Position numbers and translations under genes: made by a program. Below are positions 11,076 to 20,356 of a stretch of DNA of 64,000 bases, one piece after another; within the stretch, counting starts at the first letter, position 1, and every line of letters starts with the position of its first letter. The stretch is from a virus. Lineage: Duplodnaviria > Caudoviricetes. The notes beneath the pieces were generated by a model. It saw nothing but the letters and a program-made list of their open reading frames with translations, was not told where the DNA came from and did no database searches. The stretch is from positions 64,001 through 128,000 of IMG/VR virus record IMGVR_UViG_3300021431_000075; one strand, 5' to 3'.

Positions 11076-12515
11076 TTATTTGCCGAAGTAAGTCGTGGTC
11101 ATTTTCTTAACATTGTGAGTCGTTTTCATTTGTTCTGCTGTTTTATTGAATTTCACTCTATAAGATATTCCTTTCGGTTTCAGATAATTGTAGTATATGT
11201 CTTTTAAAGATAGGTTCTGTTCTTTTATTTTGAACAGCTTGCAAGACTTGTCATAGAAATCCCTGTATATGTTTATGTCGGGAAAAATATACTTGTCTGA
11301 TGACGCGTCATAATCTGTAAGATTTAACGTTGCTGTCGTATATGCTCTTCTTGAAAGTTCGAATGCAGCGAGGCACATATCCGGCATATTCAGATACATG
11401 AACAGGAAATTTCCAACAACGCTTGAGAACGGAGCCTTCGTATGTACGACTTTTGCTCCGGACAATATTGCATTCTTCTTGTACGTTTGCGCAAACTTTT
11501 TCCGAAGCCAGTCATTGTTTACTGTTTTGTTAAAGTGTCTGCCTTTCTTCTTGTCGGATGTATATATGGACACATCATCAATAGATATGACTCCGCATTT
11601 GAAATGCTTTGCCATCTTTATCAAGTCGTTCGAGAATGACTTGATTTCATACTCCTTCTTCTCCGTGTAATGATAACGTCCGGTCGACGCTTTGCCAAGT
11701 TTGTTCTTGAGTTCACTTTCTCTGCTGTTCAGTTCTTTGAACGACTCGACGCCATATGATATTACTTTGAAGTTTCCGTCTTGTTTCCAGTCCGCAACTA
11801 CCCAACCATAATAATTCGGGTTCGTGTCGCATGCGAACACTCTGTTCGGAATCAAATCATTGTTCAATGATGTTGTCTCCGGATACAACTTAAGCAAATC
11901 GACTTGAATTGACAGTTTTCCGTTTTCTTCAAGCAGGTATGTTACAGGCAGACTATAGTCCTCCTGTTTATCATATATGGTTCTAAGCATATTCGCATAA
12001 TTATAAGGAATGTCATGCAACGACATTGTTATGTGGGTTTTCTTATTCGGCTGAAAGATGATATGTCTTAAGTCTTCTGTCAGTCTGAATTTCTGATTTC
12101 CCTTGTATGGACGCGCAGTGCCTATGCAACGGAACGGTCTCAGTTTACGACGTTCGTATTCTTCCTTGGTTAGCAAGCCTTTGAGATAGTCTTTATAACC
12201 CTTCTTGCTTCCGAACACCACATGCCTTCCATTCGTTTTCACCAGTTCATATGCATCATAATATGCACAGTGAAAGAACCATTCATTATCTTGAATCAGC
12301 TCTACATTCTTCATTGCTGAAAAGTATGTTCTCATATCGGATCCTTTCCTGTAGTATTCATTCTTGGAACGGAGTTCTTTTCCGTTCGACATAGAACGAC
12401 AAAGGTAGCAATAGATTATATGCACAGATGATGAGTACTGTTTTTGATATCTGCAATACTCGATAGCGTCAAGCGAGTTTTCTATACAGTATCTGGCTTT
12501 AATGCTTATAGTCAT
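11076..12515 (-). CDS. tnpB: Atypical TnpB-related RuvC protein (no zinc finger)
   Basis: RuvC-I-like RVFACDTNPNYYGW; RuvC-II-like VISIDDV (D where EDL is usual); FSSVVGN...PDMCLAA RuvC-III-like. Directly downstream of IS607 tnpA. Confidence 0.7.
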   Translation of the reverse strand: MTISIKARYCIENSLDAIEYCRYQKQYSSSVHIIYCYLCRSMSNGKELRSKNEYYRKGSDMRTYFSAMKNVELIQDNEWFFHCAYYDAYELVKTNGRHVVFGSKKGYKDYLKGLLTKEEYERRKLRPFRCIGTARPYKGNQKFRLTEDLRHIIFQPNKKTHITMSLHDIPYNYANMLRTIYDKQEDYSLPVTYLLEENGKLSIQVDLLKLYPETTSLNNDLIPNRVFACDTNPNYYGWVVADWKQDGNFKVISYGVESFKELNSRESELKNKLGKASTGRYHYTEKKEYEIKSFSNDLIKMAKHFKCGVISIDDVSIYTSDKKKGRHFNKTVNNDWLRKKFAQTYKKNAILSGAKVVHTKAPFSSVVGNFLFMYLNMPDMCLAAFELSRRAYTTATLNLTDYDASSDKYIFPDINIYRDFYDKSCKLFKIKEQNLSLKDIYYNYLKPKGISYRVKFNKTAEQMKTTHNVKKMTTTYFGK

Positions 12516-12570
12516 TACTTTGATTTCATAGATTACTTTTATTATTTATCTTTGATATAAATTGCAAAAA

Positions 12571-13203
12571 TCAACTTTCTGAAGAATCTTCCGCTTCATT
12601 AAGCAGCTTCTCTATATTCTTGAATTTCTTGCGACTGTTATCATACATCTTCATTGAGTAACTATGAATAATCGTTATCAGGTCTTCTGTCAATTCTTGC
12701 TGGTATGTCTTGTTCGTCTCTTCTTTCTGGTCGAGAACGACTATCGTCGTTCCGAAGTATGCGAAAATGGATACGAAATAGTCGAAACCGAACCTTGACA
12801 AGCGATCCTTGAAAGTCACATATACCTTGTCTATTTCTTTTTTAAAGACAGATTCAAGCAGTCTGTTGAAATTCGTCCGGTTCTCGTTGAGGCCGGACGC
12901 TATGTCAGAATAGATTTCATCAACCGTTATTCCGTTCGAGAGCATATACTGCTTTATGAGTTCTATCTGGTTGTTCAGATCCGTTTTCTGTCTCGGCGTG
13001 GAAACTCGGCTATATATGACATTCTTTCTTTTTGTAGTGAAATTATCGCTATTAATGATGATAGAGTCTATGTCATATAAAACCTTTCTGTCTGAAAGTT
13101 TCATCGTGTTGATTCTTCCTTCGTTCTTCCAGCGCATAAGTGTCACGCCAGATATATGCAAAATGTTTTTTGCTTCTTTTGCAGATACATAATTCATATT
13201 CAC
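12571..13203 (-). CDS. tnpA: IS607-family transposase (MerR-like HTH + serine recombinase)
   Basis: N-terminal HTH (SAKEAKNILHISGVTLMRW), catalytic VIYSRVST, DIASGLN, DRLSRFGF, QELTEDLITII. Confidence 0.95.
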   Translation of the reverse strand: MNMNYVSAKEAKNILHISGVTLMRWKNEGRINTMKLSDRKVLYDIDSIIINSDNFTTKRKNVIYSRVSTPRQKTDLNNQIELIKQYMLSNGITVDEIYSDIASGLNENRTNFNRLLESVFKKEIDKVYVTFKDRLSRFGFDYFVSIFAYFGTTIVVLDQKEETNKTYQQELTEDLITIIHSYSMKMYDNSRKKFKNIEKLLNEAEDSSES

Positions 13204-13309
13204 ATACTTAATATTTGACTATTTATCTAACAAAAATTACAAAATTAAATAAAATTGACTTCTAACTTTTTATTTATTTGCATTTTGACTAATTTTGCAA
13301 AATCAACAA

Positions 13310-13372
13310 TCAAGCAAAAGTCACGTCATTTCCACTATAGTCAACATAAGTATTGCAATCATGAACAATCAT
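13310..13372 (-). pseudogene. 20-codon remnant of a WG-family C-terminus
   Basis: Translates MIVHDCNTYVDYSGNDVTFA*, matching family C-termini such as MIYIDSNISCDYDGNLITCV (gene 2535-4688). Confidence 0.65.
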
Positions 13373-13390
13373 AAAAATCTATTAAGATTT

Positions 13391-15436
13391 TTAAATATAC
13401 GATACAATATTTCCCTCATAATCAGCAATAATCAAATCACCGATTTTCAAAGAATCATTCTCATTTGCTGAAATTTTTGCATCAATCCACTCATCAAACA
13501 TATATTTTCCATTACTATCAACAACATTATATCTATAATCTTTGTCAACAAGAACAACAATTCTTCCCGCTTCTATGACTTCAAACTTCTGTATATTCTC
13601 AATTCCCTTTTTCGGAAACAAAAATCTTCCATTTTTCATCAAAAGATTCAACGAGTTGTCACGATTCCTGACTTCAGCAAAACCGTCTTTCATAATTCCA
13701 ACATAGTTGAACCATTCTTCTCTTATCAACTTACCGCTTGTATCAATCAGATTAAACTTGTTCTTTGTCTTTTTGACCTTGTCATTCAAACCCCGTTGAA
13801 CCAGTGAATAGCCGTCACTGAATGACGTGAAAGACCAATCGCAATAATCAACCAAAACCGTACCATCGCTCTTGATTAGCATATTGAACTTGTTTTTGCC
13901 AATTCCTATTTTCTGACAACTCCACAAGTCTTCACCAAGATAAGCAACATCACTGAACCAATCTTTCTTATCTCCAAGCATTTGACCATTATCAAGAAAT
14001 ATCTTATAATTCACAGTATTGTCAATTGAACTTGTCATGCCCATCTTAAAAAAATGCTTATCGTATTCATTACATGGTTCTGCTTGATTAAAAAAACCAT
14101 TTTTGAAAAGTAACTTATTCTCTTTCCCGTCATATAGATTATAACTTCTACTATCCCTGTCAAAAACTATAAAAATGTCATTGACTACTGGATAATATAT
14201 ATCATCAATATTTCCTTTCTTTGTATTGAACCAAGTGCCCGAGACAATTTTTCCAGTTTCCAAATTCAAAAAGTTCACAAGTATGTCATTTGAACCACTT
14301 TTCTTTCGACTAACTTTAGCATAGTTATATTTTGGAGTGTGACCACCATCAAACCAGTCGCCTTTCCATATGACACGACCGGTATTGTCTATAAAATTAT
14401 ACTTATTGCTGGCTGTATTCCAGACAAGTGCATAATGATGCTCGTCGTCAAATAAAATCGTATCATAATGGCATATCTCATTGCCATCCGAATCTATCAT
14501 TACAAATTCATCTTCATATTTTCTTGAGAATAATGCGACGCCATTCTCGAAACCCTCTGCTTCATAAACCCAGTCATCAAGAAGCAGCTTCTTTTTCACA
14601 ACATCATAATAATTGTACTTATTTCGTCCAGAATCATAAACAACACATTTTCCTTCACTGATTGCTCCCATATTATAGTTTTCAAAAAGCAACTCACCGT
14701 CATAAGTCAAATAGTTATTACGGTCATTTGAAAACGTTATATACATCAATCCATACTCATTGAAAACGTTGCTACTACCGTTTATATAAAAGTCATCAAC
14801 AGCATGCTCAAATAGTTCATTTCCCTTCGCATCATACATCCGTATGAGATTGCTGTCAGTGAAATTTATAACAAACCTGTCCTTCTGCTTATCTGACGGA
14901 AACAAGACTCCTGACGCTGCAGTAACCTGAACAAACGTTCTTATGAATTCTGCGAAATCATTAACTCCAAAACAATCATAATAAGAATCATTAATCTGTA
15001 ACAAACTAAACTTCTCTGAAACAACCGGAGATGCAAACAAAACATTCAGAATGAAATCTCCACGCTCATTCATGACGACAATATTAAAGCCATAGTCATA
15101 CTTGTTGAACAGAGACGCAATACGGGCAATCATCTTGACAAACGACTCGTTATCATCATCAACCATTATCAAATTGATATAGACACACAAGCAGTCTTTA
15201 GCAAGGTTGATTGAATAACTACGAAGATAACCGGAATCTTCAAGTCTGCCCAAATAACTATCAACAAGCATCTTGAATGATTTCTCAACCGTATCCGGTT
15301 TTGCAAATTCACGACGAAAACTAACCGCGATGCAAATCTTAAAAGATGAATCATCTTTCACTTCATCCGATCCCACTTCATCAAGAAGCGACTCGTTCAA
15401 CACATATGCTCTTATATCTGCCATACCATCATACAA
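13391..15436 (-). CDS. WG-repeat protein with conserved acidic leader
   Basis: 681 aa; leader YVLNESLLDEVGSDEVKD; FENGVALF and FSDGYSLV...NLIDTSGKLI; C-terminus DYEGNIVSYI. Confidence 0.85.
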   Translation of the reverse strand: MYDGMADIRAYVLNESLLDEVGSDEVKDDSSFKICIAVSFRREFAKPDTVEKSFKMLVDSYLGRLEDSGYLRSYSINLAKDCLCVYINLIMVDDDNESFVKMIARIASLFNKYDYGFNIVVMNERGDFILNVLFASPVVSEKFSLLQINDSYYDCFGVNDFAEFIRTFVQVTAASGVLFPSDKQKDRFVINFTDSNLIRMYDAKGNELFEHAVDDFYINGSSNVFNEYGLMYITFSNDRNNYLTYDGELLFENYNMGAISEGKCVVYDSGRNKYNYYDVVKKKLLLDDWVYEAEGFENGVALFSRKYEDEFVMIDSDGNEICHYDTILFDDEHHYALVWNTASNKYNFIDNTGRVIWKGDWFDGGHTPKYNYAKVSRKKSGSNDILVNFLNLETGKIVSGTWFNTKKGNIDDIYYPVVNDIFIVFDRDSRSYNLYDGKENKLLFKNGFFNQAEPCNEYDKHFFKMGMTSSIDNTVNYKIFLDNGQMLGDKKDWFSDVAYLGEDLWSCQKIGIGKNKFNMLIKSDGTVLVDYCDWSFTSFSDGYSLVQRGLNDKVKKTKNKFNLIDTSGKLIREEWFNYVGIMKDGFAEVRNRDNSLNLLMKNGRFLFPKKGIENIQKFEVIEAGRIVVLVDKDYRYNVVDSNGKYMFDEWIDAKISANENDSLKIGDLIIADYEGNIVSYI

Positions 15437-17510
15437 AACTTATATTGTTTCCTTCATAATCAACCAGTCCTCTCAAGCCAACACGAAGAACGCCCGGACC
15501 TTTTCCACTAACAACATCATCTACAAACTTGCCAAATGACGCGGTTCCATCCTTGTCGAATACGTTGAACTGATTCTTCTTGTTCCGGACAACGACACGC
15601 TCATATGGTTCTATTATCCTGAAAAATGGTTCTATTGAAGTTCTTGCCGGAATCAACAGTTTTCCAGTTCTTGTGCTCAATATGTTACAAACTGACTTTT
15701 TCTTCACAAGAAAGAAACCATCATTAAAATCCGAAATGCTATCAAACCACTCGTCAATCAAGTAATTGCCGTCAGAATCAATGATGTTATAAACCGGATG
15801 CTTGCCATATGGATCATTCTTCATGGTCTTCTTAACCTTGCTAAAACCTTCAACCGGTTCCTCAACATACAATGAATACGCATTCGTTATTCCATCATAT
15901 TCATCAACAAACTTCCCTGTCGATGTCACTATCTGCCACTTGTGATTATGATTTTTGTCAATGTCAAGTTTGTGCCAGAAACCGCCTTTCTGATAATCCA
16001 GAGACCGGGTGAATTCATCAAACACAAGATTTCCTTCTTTATCAACAAGATTGAAATAATCAACGTTTGATTTTACTTTTTTTACTTTATAAACATCCCC
16101 TACTATTACGCACGACGTAAACCCGTCAGGAAATAGAATCTTTCCACTCTCAATATCTATGAAATTCCAAGAGTCGTTGCATATTCCACACACCTTACTT
16201 CCGGCAATATATCTCAAACCACGGTCTTGCCATTCCTTCAACAAGAACCGTCCTTCTTTGAATGAGTATATATTATGCTTTAATGAATCACATACACAAA
16301 CATATTCATTGTCATATGAATAGATCATTTCATAATCGCAGTTTTTCCAAACCAGCGGATGATGCTCGTCATCCACAACAATATAGTTAAACTTGTTACG
16401 ATACTTGCGTTTGACTCTTATGTATTTCTTGTCATTCGTTATTTCCATGCACTCATATCCCTTGCAGATGTCATTGCCATTAACATCAACATATGTTCTA
16501 ATATCTCTACCAACAACATTAGTACTAATATCAGCCAGTGCTATTCCATTCTCAAAGTTATCCAAATGTTTGTACCAGACTTTCGATATTACTTTTCCTG
16601 TCAAATCTATGAAGTTGTAATCGTGCTGGCTCATACGATATACAACTGCACGTCCACACTTGAAGTCATTGATAAAAGAATAGTCATCTGCCAACTTCTT
16701 GTTTCCGTCCTTATCAACAATATTATATACATTGTTTTCTATTTTAACAATCATCAAACCATTTTCATCATATTGAAACTCGTTTGTCTGAAATGCCAAA
16801 GTATTCATCGGCAAAGTAGATATGACATCAAGCTTGTCATCAAGCATATACATCATTTCGTTTGTCGATGAATGAATCACAGTCCTGTTCTTCTCAGCAT
16901 TTGCCCACTTAAGAATGTCATACTTTTTCGCTTGTTGAACTATGCTCTTGATTATCGTTTCTATATCAGAAATACCGAACATTTCAGAATAAAAATCATA
17001 TACATCGAGACCGAAACAGCCACACTGCTGAAAATTATCAGAAATGTCAAGGCTTACATAATCAACTTCGCCGTATGATTTTGTTCCGAAACATATTTCA
17101 GTTCCATCCACTATACCATATGCAGAAAAACTTCTAATCACAGCAAACAGATGCATTAGCATATTATTGAATGCATCAATATCAACATCAAGAAGATTCA
17201 GGTGTCCCGTGAAAAAATCATCTTTGCCTGAATCATCAACAATCATATCTTTAAATGTATAATCACTAATAAATCCTTTCTTGACAAACAAATCAAACGA
17301 CGAAATCAGTTTTGGAATGAACACTTCATTCTTTAAACTGCGTTTCTTCTTGGAATTAGTTTCTTCATCAAAAACGAACATAATCTTATACTTGCAGAAA
17401 TTCTTTTCATCCTGCTTGTCTCTCACTTCTTCTGCATCAACATTATCAAGAAGCGACTCGTTTATTATGCACATCCTTTTGTCTAACATAAGCATATGAT
17501 CATTTTTCAA
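15429..17510 (-). CDS. WG-repeat protein with conserved acidic leader
   Basis: 693 aa; leader CIINESLLDNVDAEEVRD; FKCGRAVV...NFIDLTGKVI; C-terminus VDYEGNNISFV. Confidence 0.85.
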   Translation of the reverse strand: MKNDHMLMLDKRMCIINESLLDNVDAEEVRDKQDEKNFCKYKIMFVFDEETNSKKKRSLKNEVFIPKLISSFDLFVKKGFISDYTFKDMIVDDSGKDDFFTGHLNLLDVDIDAFNNMLMHLFAVIRSFSAYGIVDGTEICFGTKSYGEVDYVSLDISDNFQQCGCFGLDVYDFYSEMFGISDIETIIKSIVQQAKKYDILKWANAEKNRTVIHSSTNEMMYMLDDKLDVISTLPMNTLAFQTNEFQYDENGLMIVKIENNVYNIVDKDGNKKLADDYSFINDFKCGRAVVYRMSQHDYNFIDLTGKVISKVWYKHLDNFENGIALADISTNVVGRDIRTYVDVNGNDICKGYECMEITNDKKYIRVKRKYRNKFNYIVVDDEHHPLVWKNCDYEMIYSYDNEYVCVCDSLKHNIYSFKEGRFLLKEWQDRGLRYIAGSKVCGICNDSWNFIDIESGKILFPDGFTSCVIVGDVYKVKKVKSNVDYFNLVDKEGNLVFDEFTRSLDYQKGGFWHKLDIDKNHNHKWQIVTSTGKFVDEYDGITNAYSLYVEEPVEGFSKVKKTMKNDPYGKHPVYNIIDSDGNYLIDEWFDSISDFNDGFFLVKKKSVCNILSTRTGKLLIPARTSIEPFFRIIEPYERVVVRNKKNQFNVFDKDGTASFGKFVDDVVSGKGPGVLRVGLRGLVDYEGNNISFV

Positions 17511-19588
17511 ATGACTGAAATTATATTTCCATCATAATCAGTAAGCAAACTGTTCCCGACACGCAAAATTCCATCATCGTACTTCTCGATTCTGCTATAT
17601 GTCCAGTTCTCGAATGATTTCTTACCGTGCTTGTTGAACACATTATACATGAATGTCATATCCTCCACGATGATATACTCGTTCGGTTCAATGACTTTAA
17701 CATCCAGCATATTACCATCATTATACTTCGGCAAAAAATTCTTACCTTCATAAGAGATTATATTCTTGTACTTTCCCTCTTTTGACAAAAAGAATCCATC
17801 CGGGATATAAACCAAAGAATTTTTCTCCCATTTCTTCCCTCCGAACATCGGATTTCCATCAACATCAACATATTTGCACATCTGTTTGGAATCAATATCA
17901 ACAATCTTTATCAGACCGCTTTCATCCATATCATAATTAACTCTATCATAATCAAGGATAACTTTTCCAGAAAGGTCCATTATCTTATTCATAATGACAC
18001 TCTTCCCATCAACTTCAAACTCATTCTGACATACAATACGCCGATTGCATAAAAAAGATATACGCTTAAACCATTCTTTCTTCGAAATCAACTCGCCGTT
18101 CACATTTGTACAATTCCACATTTCGTCCAACATTGGACGCTTACGCTCCTTAACGATATAAAAACGGTCGCCGCCATTCAAACAATTGTTTGCAGTGCAA
18201 TCACTAAACCTCATATCATTCAAAGGTTCCTCGGTTCGTACATCTATGAATCTCCAGCTATAATTTTCTTGAACTGCACAAACTCCTGAATCCGGATAAC
18301 CTATCACGTCATCATACCAGTTTGTCAAAAGAAAAGTTCCGTCTTCCTTCAAATAATTATACTTTTTACCGCGCTTAACCTTGGCATAGCCGTTTATGAT
18401 CGTATAACAATTGGAAAACCAGCCATCAGAACCTTTATACACCAAACCGCTCTTGTAATTGAACAAGTTGTATAAACTGCATTGAACACCTATGAGACGA
18501 ACTATCGCATAATCACTATTGTCCAGTCTGGATATATCGTTAAACTCGGTTTTCGATAATAGATTCCCTGTATTGTCTATCAGATTCCACTTACCATTCA
18601 GATTCAACTTACCATGTTTACACTCAACTTTCCCAACGCCGTTTGAGAAATCTTCACAATGACTAAACATCTTATCTGTAATGAACTGTCCTTTCGTGTT
18701 GATATAATTCCAGTCTACACTATTGATTCTCACTCTACAAAAACCTTCTGAAAATTCTCCACAATAGTTGGCATACTCGCTCATGATAGGATGACAATCC
18801 AAGTCCCAATAATTGAAACCAAGGTCTTGGTCACGAACCTTCATAAGATCATTCTCGTCATAATTCCAACTGATATGTTCAGAATTCAAATATTCTTTCG
18901 GCTGTCCAATAGATGCGATTTCTCGCCCGTTCTTGTCATAGACATGCATCATAGATTCCGCCACAAAATAAAGACAGAATCTTGAATTGTGCCGGTCCAT
19001 CGGTTCAAGAACTCTATACTTAATCAGATGCGGAACCAATGAGTGAATCAGGTGTTCATCTCCGAATTGTTTCATATAAAAGTCACACCACTCCACTAAA
19101 ACATACCTTGATGTTGTATCTGAAATAGATTCTCCGGTGAATATATGAAGAGTGACCATTTGGTCATCATTATTGCTCAAATCACACAAACTACTCCAGA
19201 CACTAATCTTCGTATCACGGATACAATCTTTCTCATATGAATTAACCAGTCCGGCAACACGTCCAAGCAAATCATTAAATTCATCAAGTTCATCGCTTGC
19301 AACCGTTACATTAAAAGACAGTTTCGTTCTCTCATAATAGCCGTCTTTGATTCTCAAATCGGAACGCTTGATAACGTATCCGGAATTCATAGGCTTCTTC
19401 AATATATTGTCAAGCCCGTCAGAGAATGATTTATTAAGGCGTTGATCAGACAAATCAAAATAACAGTCAATAAGAAAATATATCACCATAAGTTCTTCTG
19501 GTGATACAGAATCTACGACTTCATCGCTCTCAACCTTATCTAAAAGCGATTCGTTCATCAAAGTTTCTCCATATCTTGACATGGACAT
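17507..19588 (-). CDS. WG-repeat protein with conserved acidic leader
   Basis: 693 aa; leader TLMNESLLDKVESDEVVD; FSEGFCRV...WNYINTKGQFI; ATGA overlap with the next gene. Confidence 0.85.
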   Translation of the reverse strand: MSMSRYGETLMNESLLDKVESDEVVDSVSPEELMVIYFLIDCYFDLSDQRLNKSFSDGLDNILKKPMNSGYVIKRSDLRIKDGYYERTKLSFNVTVASDELDEFNDLLGRVAGLVNSYEKDCIRDTKISVWSSLCDLSNNDDQMVTLHIFTGESISDTTSRYVLVEWCDFYMKQFGDEHLIHSLVPHLIKYRVLEPMDRHNSRFCLYFVAESMMHVYDKNGREIASIGQPKEYLNSEHISWNYDENDLMKVRDQDLGFNYWDLDCHPIMSEYANYCGEFSEGFCRVRINSVDWNYINTKGQFITDKMFSHCEDFSNGVGKVECKHGKLNLNGKWNLIDNTGNLLSKTEFNDISRLDNSDYAIVRLIGVQCSLYNLFNYKSGLVYKGSDGWFSNCYTIINGYAKVKRGKKYNYLKEDGTFLLTNWYDDVIGYPDSGVCAVQENYSWRFIDVRTEEPLNDMRFSDCTANNCLNGGDRFYIVKERKRPMLDEMWNCTNVNGELISKKEWFKRISFLCNRRIVCQNEFEVDGKSVIMNKIMDLSGKVILDYDRVNYDMDESGLIKIVDIDSKQMCKYVDVDGNPMFGGKKWEKNSLVYIPDGFFLSKEGKYKNIISYEGKNFLPKYNDGNMLDVKVIEPNEYIIVEDMTFMYNVFNKHGKKSFENWTYSRIEKYDDGILRVGNSLLTDYDGNIISVI

Positions 19589-19604
19589 TATGACTCCTTT
19601 ATAT

Positions 19605-19618
19605 TATAAGATATTTAT
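19605..19618 (-). promoter_or_regulatory. Putative phage late promoter motif ATAAATATCTTATA
   Basis: Exact 14-mer repeated at four intergenic sites, each just upstream of a start codon. Core resembles the T4 late promoter TATAAATA. Confidence 0.7.
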
Positions 19619-19676
19619 TTGTTTTAAGCAAAAAATGCGAAAACACATACCAATCATAAAGAAAATGTCCATCTTA

Positions 19677-20345
19677 TCATACACAAAGAACAATCTCTCC
19701 GTTACAATCAACATAATTATCCAGACCTATACGGATAATACCTTCCGGAAGAACTTCAATCATATCTTTTGTCCACTTCGGAAACATCAGGTTTCCGCTC
19801 TTGTCGATTATATTTCTTGTATTATTCTCCTTCTCGACAAGAATGTGCTTTCCGTCATTAATGACTTTCCATTTCTTTATAATATGCTTCTCACGTCCAG
19901 TCCATTCAATCAACCGTTCTTTATATGTGGTCATTATGTTATTTTCATCATCCTCGTCCTTGAATATAATGAAACCGTTGCTTATATCAATAGACCTAAA
20001 CCATTTGTCCGACATAGGCTTTCCGTCTTTGTCTATGACATTTTCCAATGTATTGAAATCAGAATCCTGATTCATTGCACTAACAATCACAAAACCATCA
20101 ACAATCGTCTTGAAAAAATATTTATCGGAAAGAGTCTTATATAAGATTTTTCCATCTATCCTGCAAATATAACTAACTGGATGACCAGTATTGACATATC
20201 TCCGCAAATTGAACAATCCGTTGCTTATATAGTTCACAGAACTGAACCAGTCATTCTTGCGAATCATCTTTCCATTCTCGTCAAGAACACTCCACATCCG
20301 TGTTTCATTATATTTCTTTATATGATTGATTACGCAAAAATATCT
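19677..20345 (-). pseudogene. 5'-truncated WG-family gene abutting the IS607-2 right end
   Basis: ORF 19677-20297 has the family C-terminus (YVDCNGEIVLCV) but no leader. The frame continues upstream (RYFCVINHIKKYNETRMWSVLDENG, aligning with RFYIVKERKRPMLDEMWNCTNVNG of 17507-19588) up to the tnpB stop. Confidence 0.75.
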
Positions 20346-20356
20346 TGTCCGAAGAA

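Larger units (their letters stand above)
10860..13309 (-). mobile_element. IS607-family element 1 (tnpA + atypical tnpB); ends approximate
   Basis: Serine-recombinase tnpA followed by a RuvC-containing tnpB-like gene, inside the WG array. AAAATT repeats at ~10 bp spacing at 13233-13256, near the left end. Confidence 0.75.
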
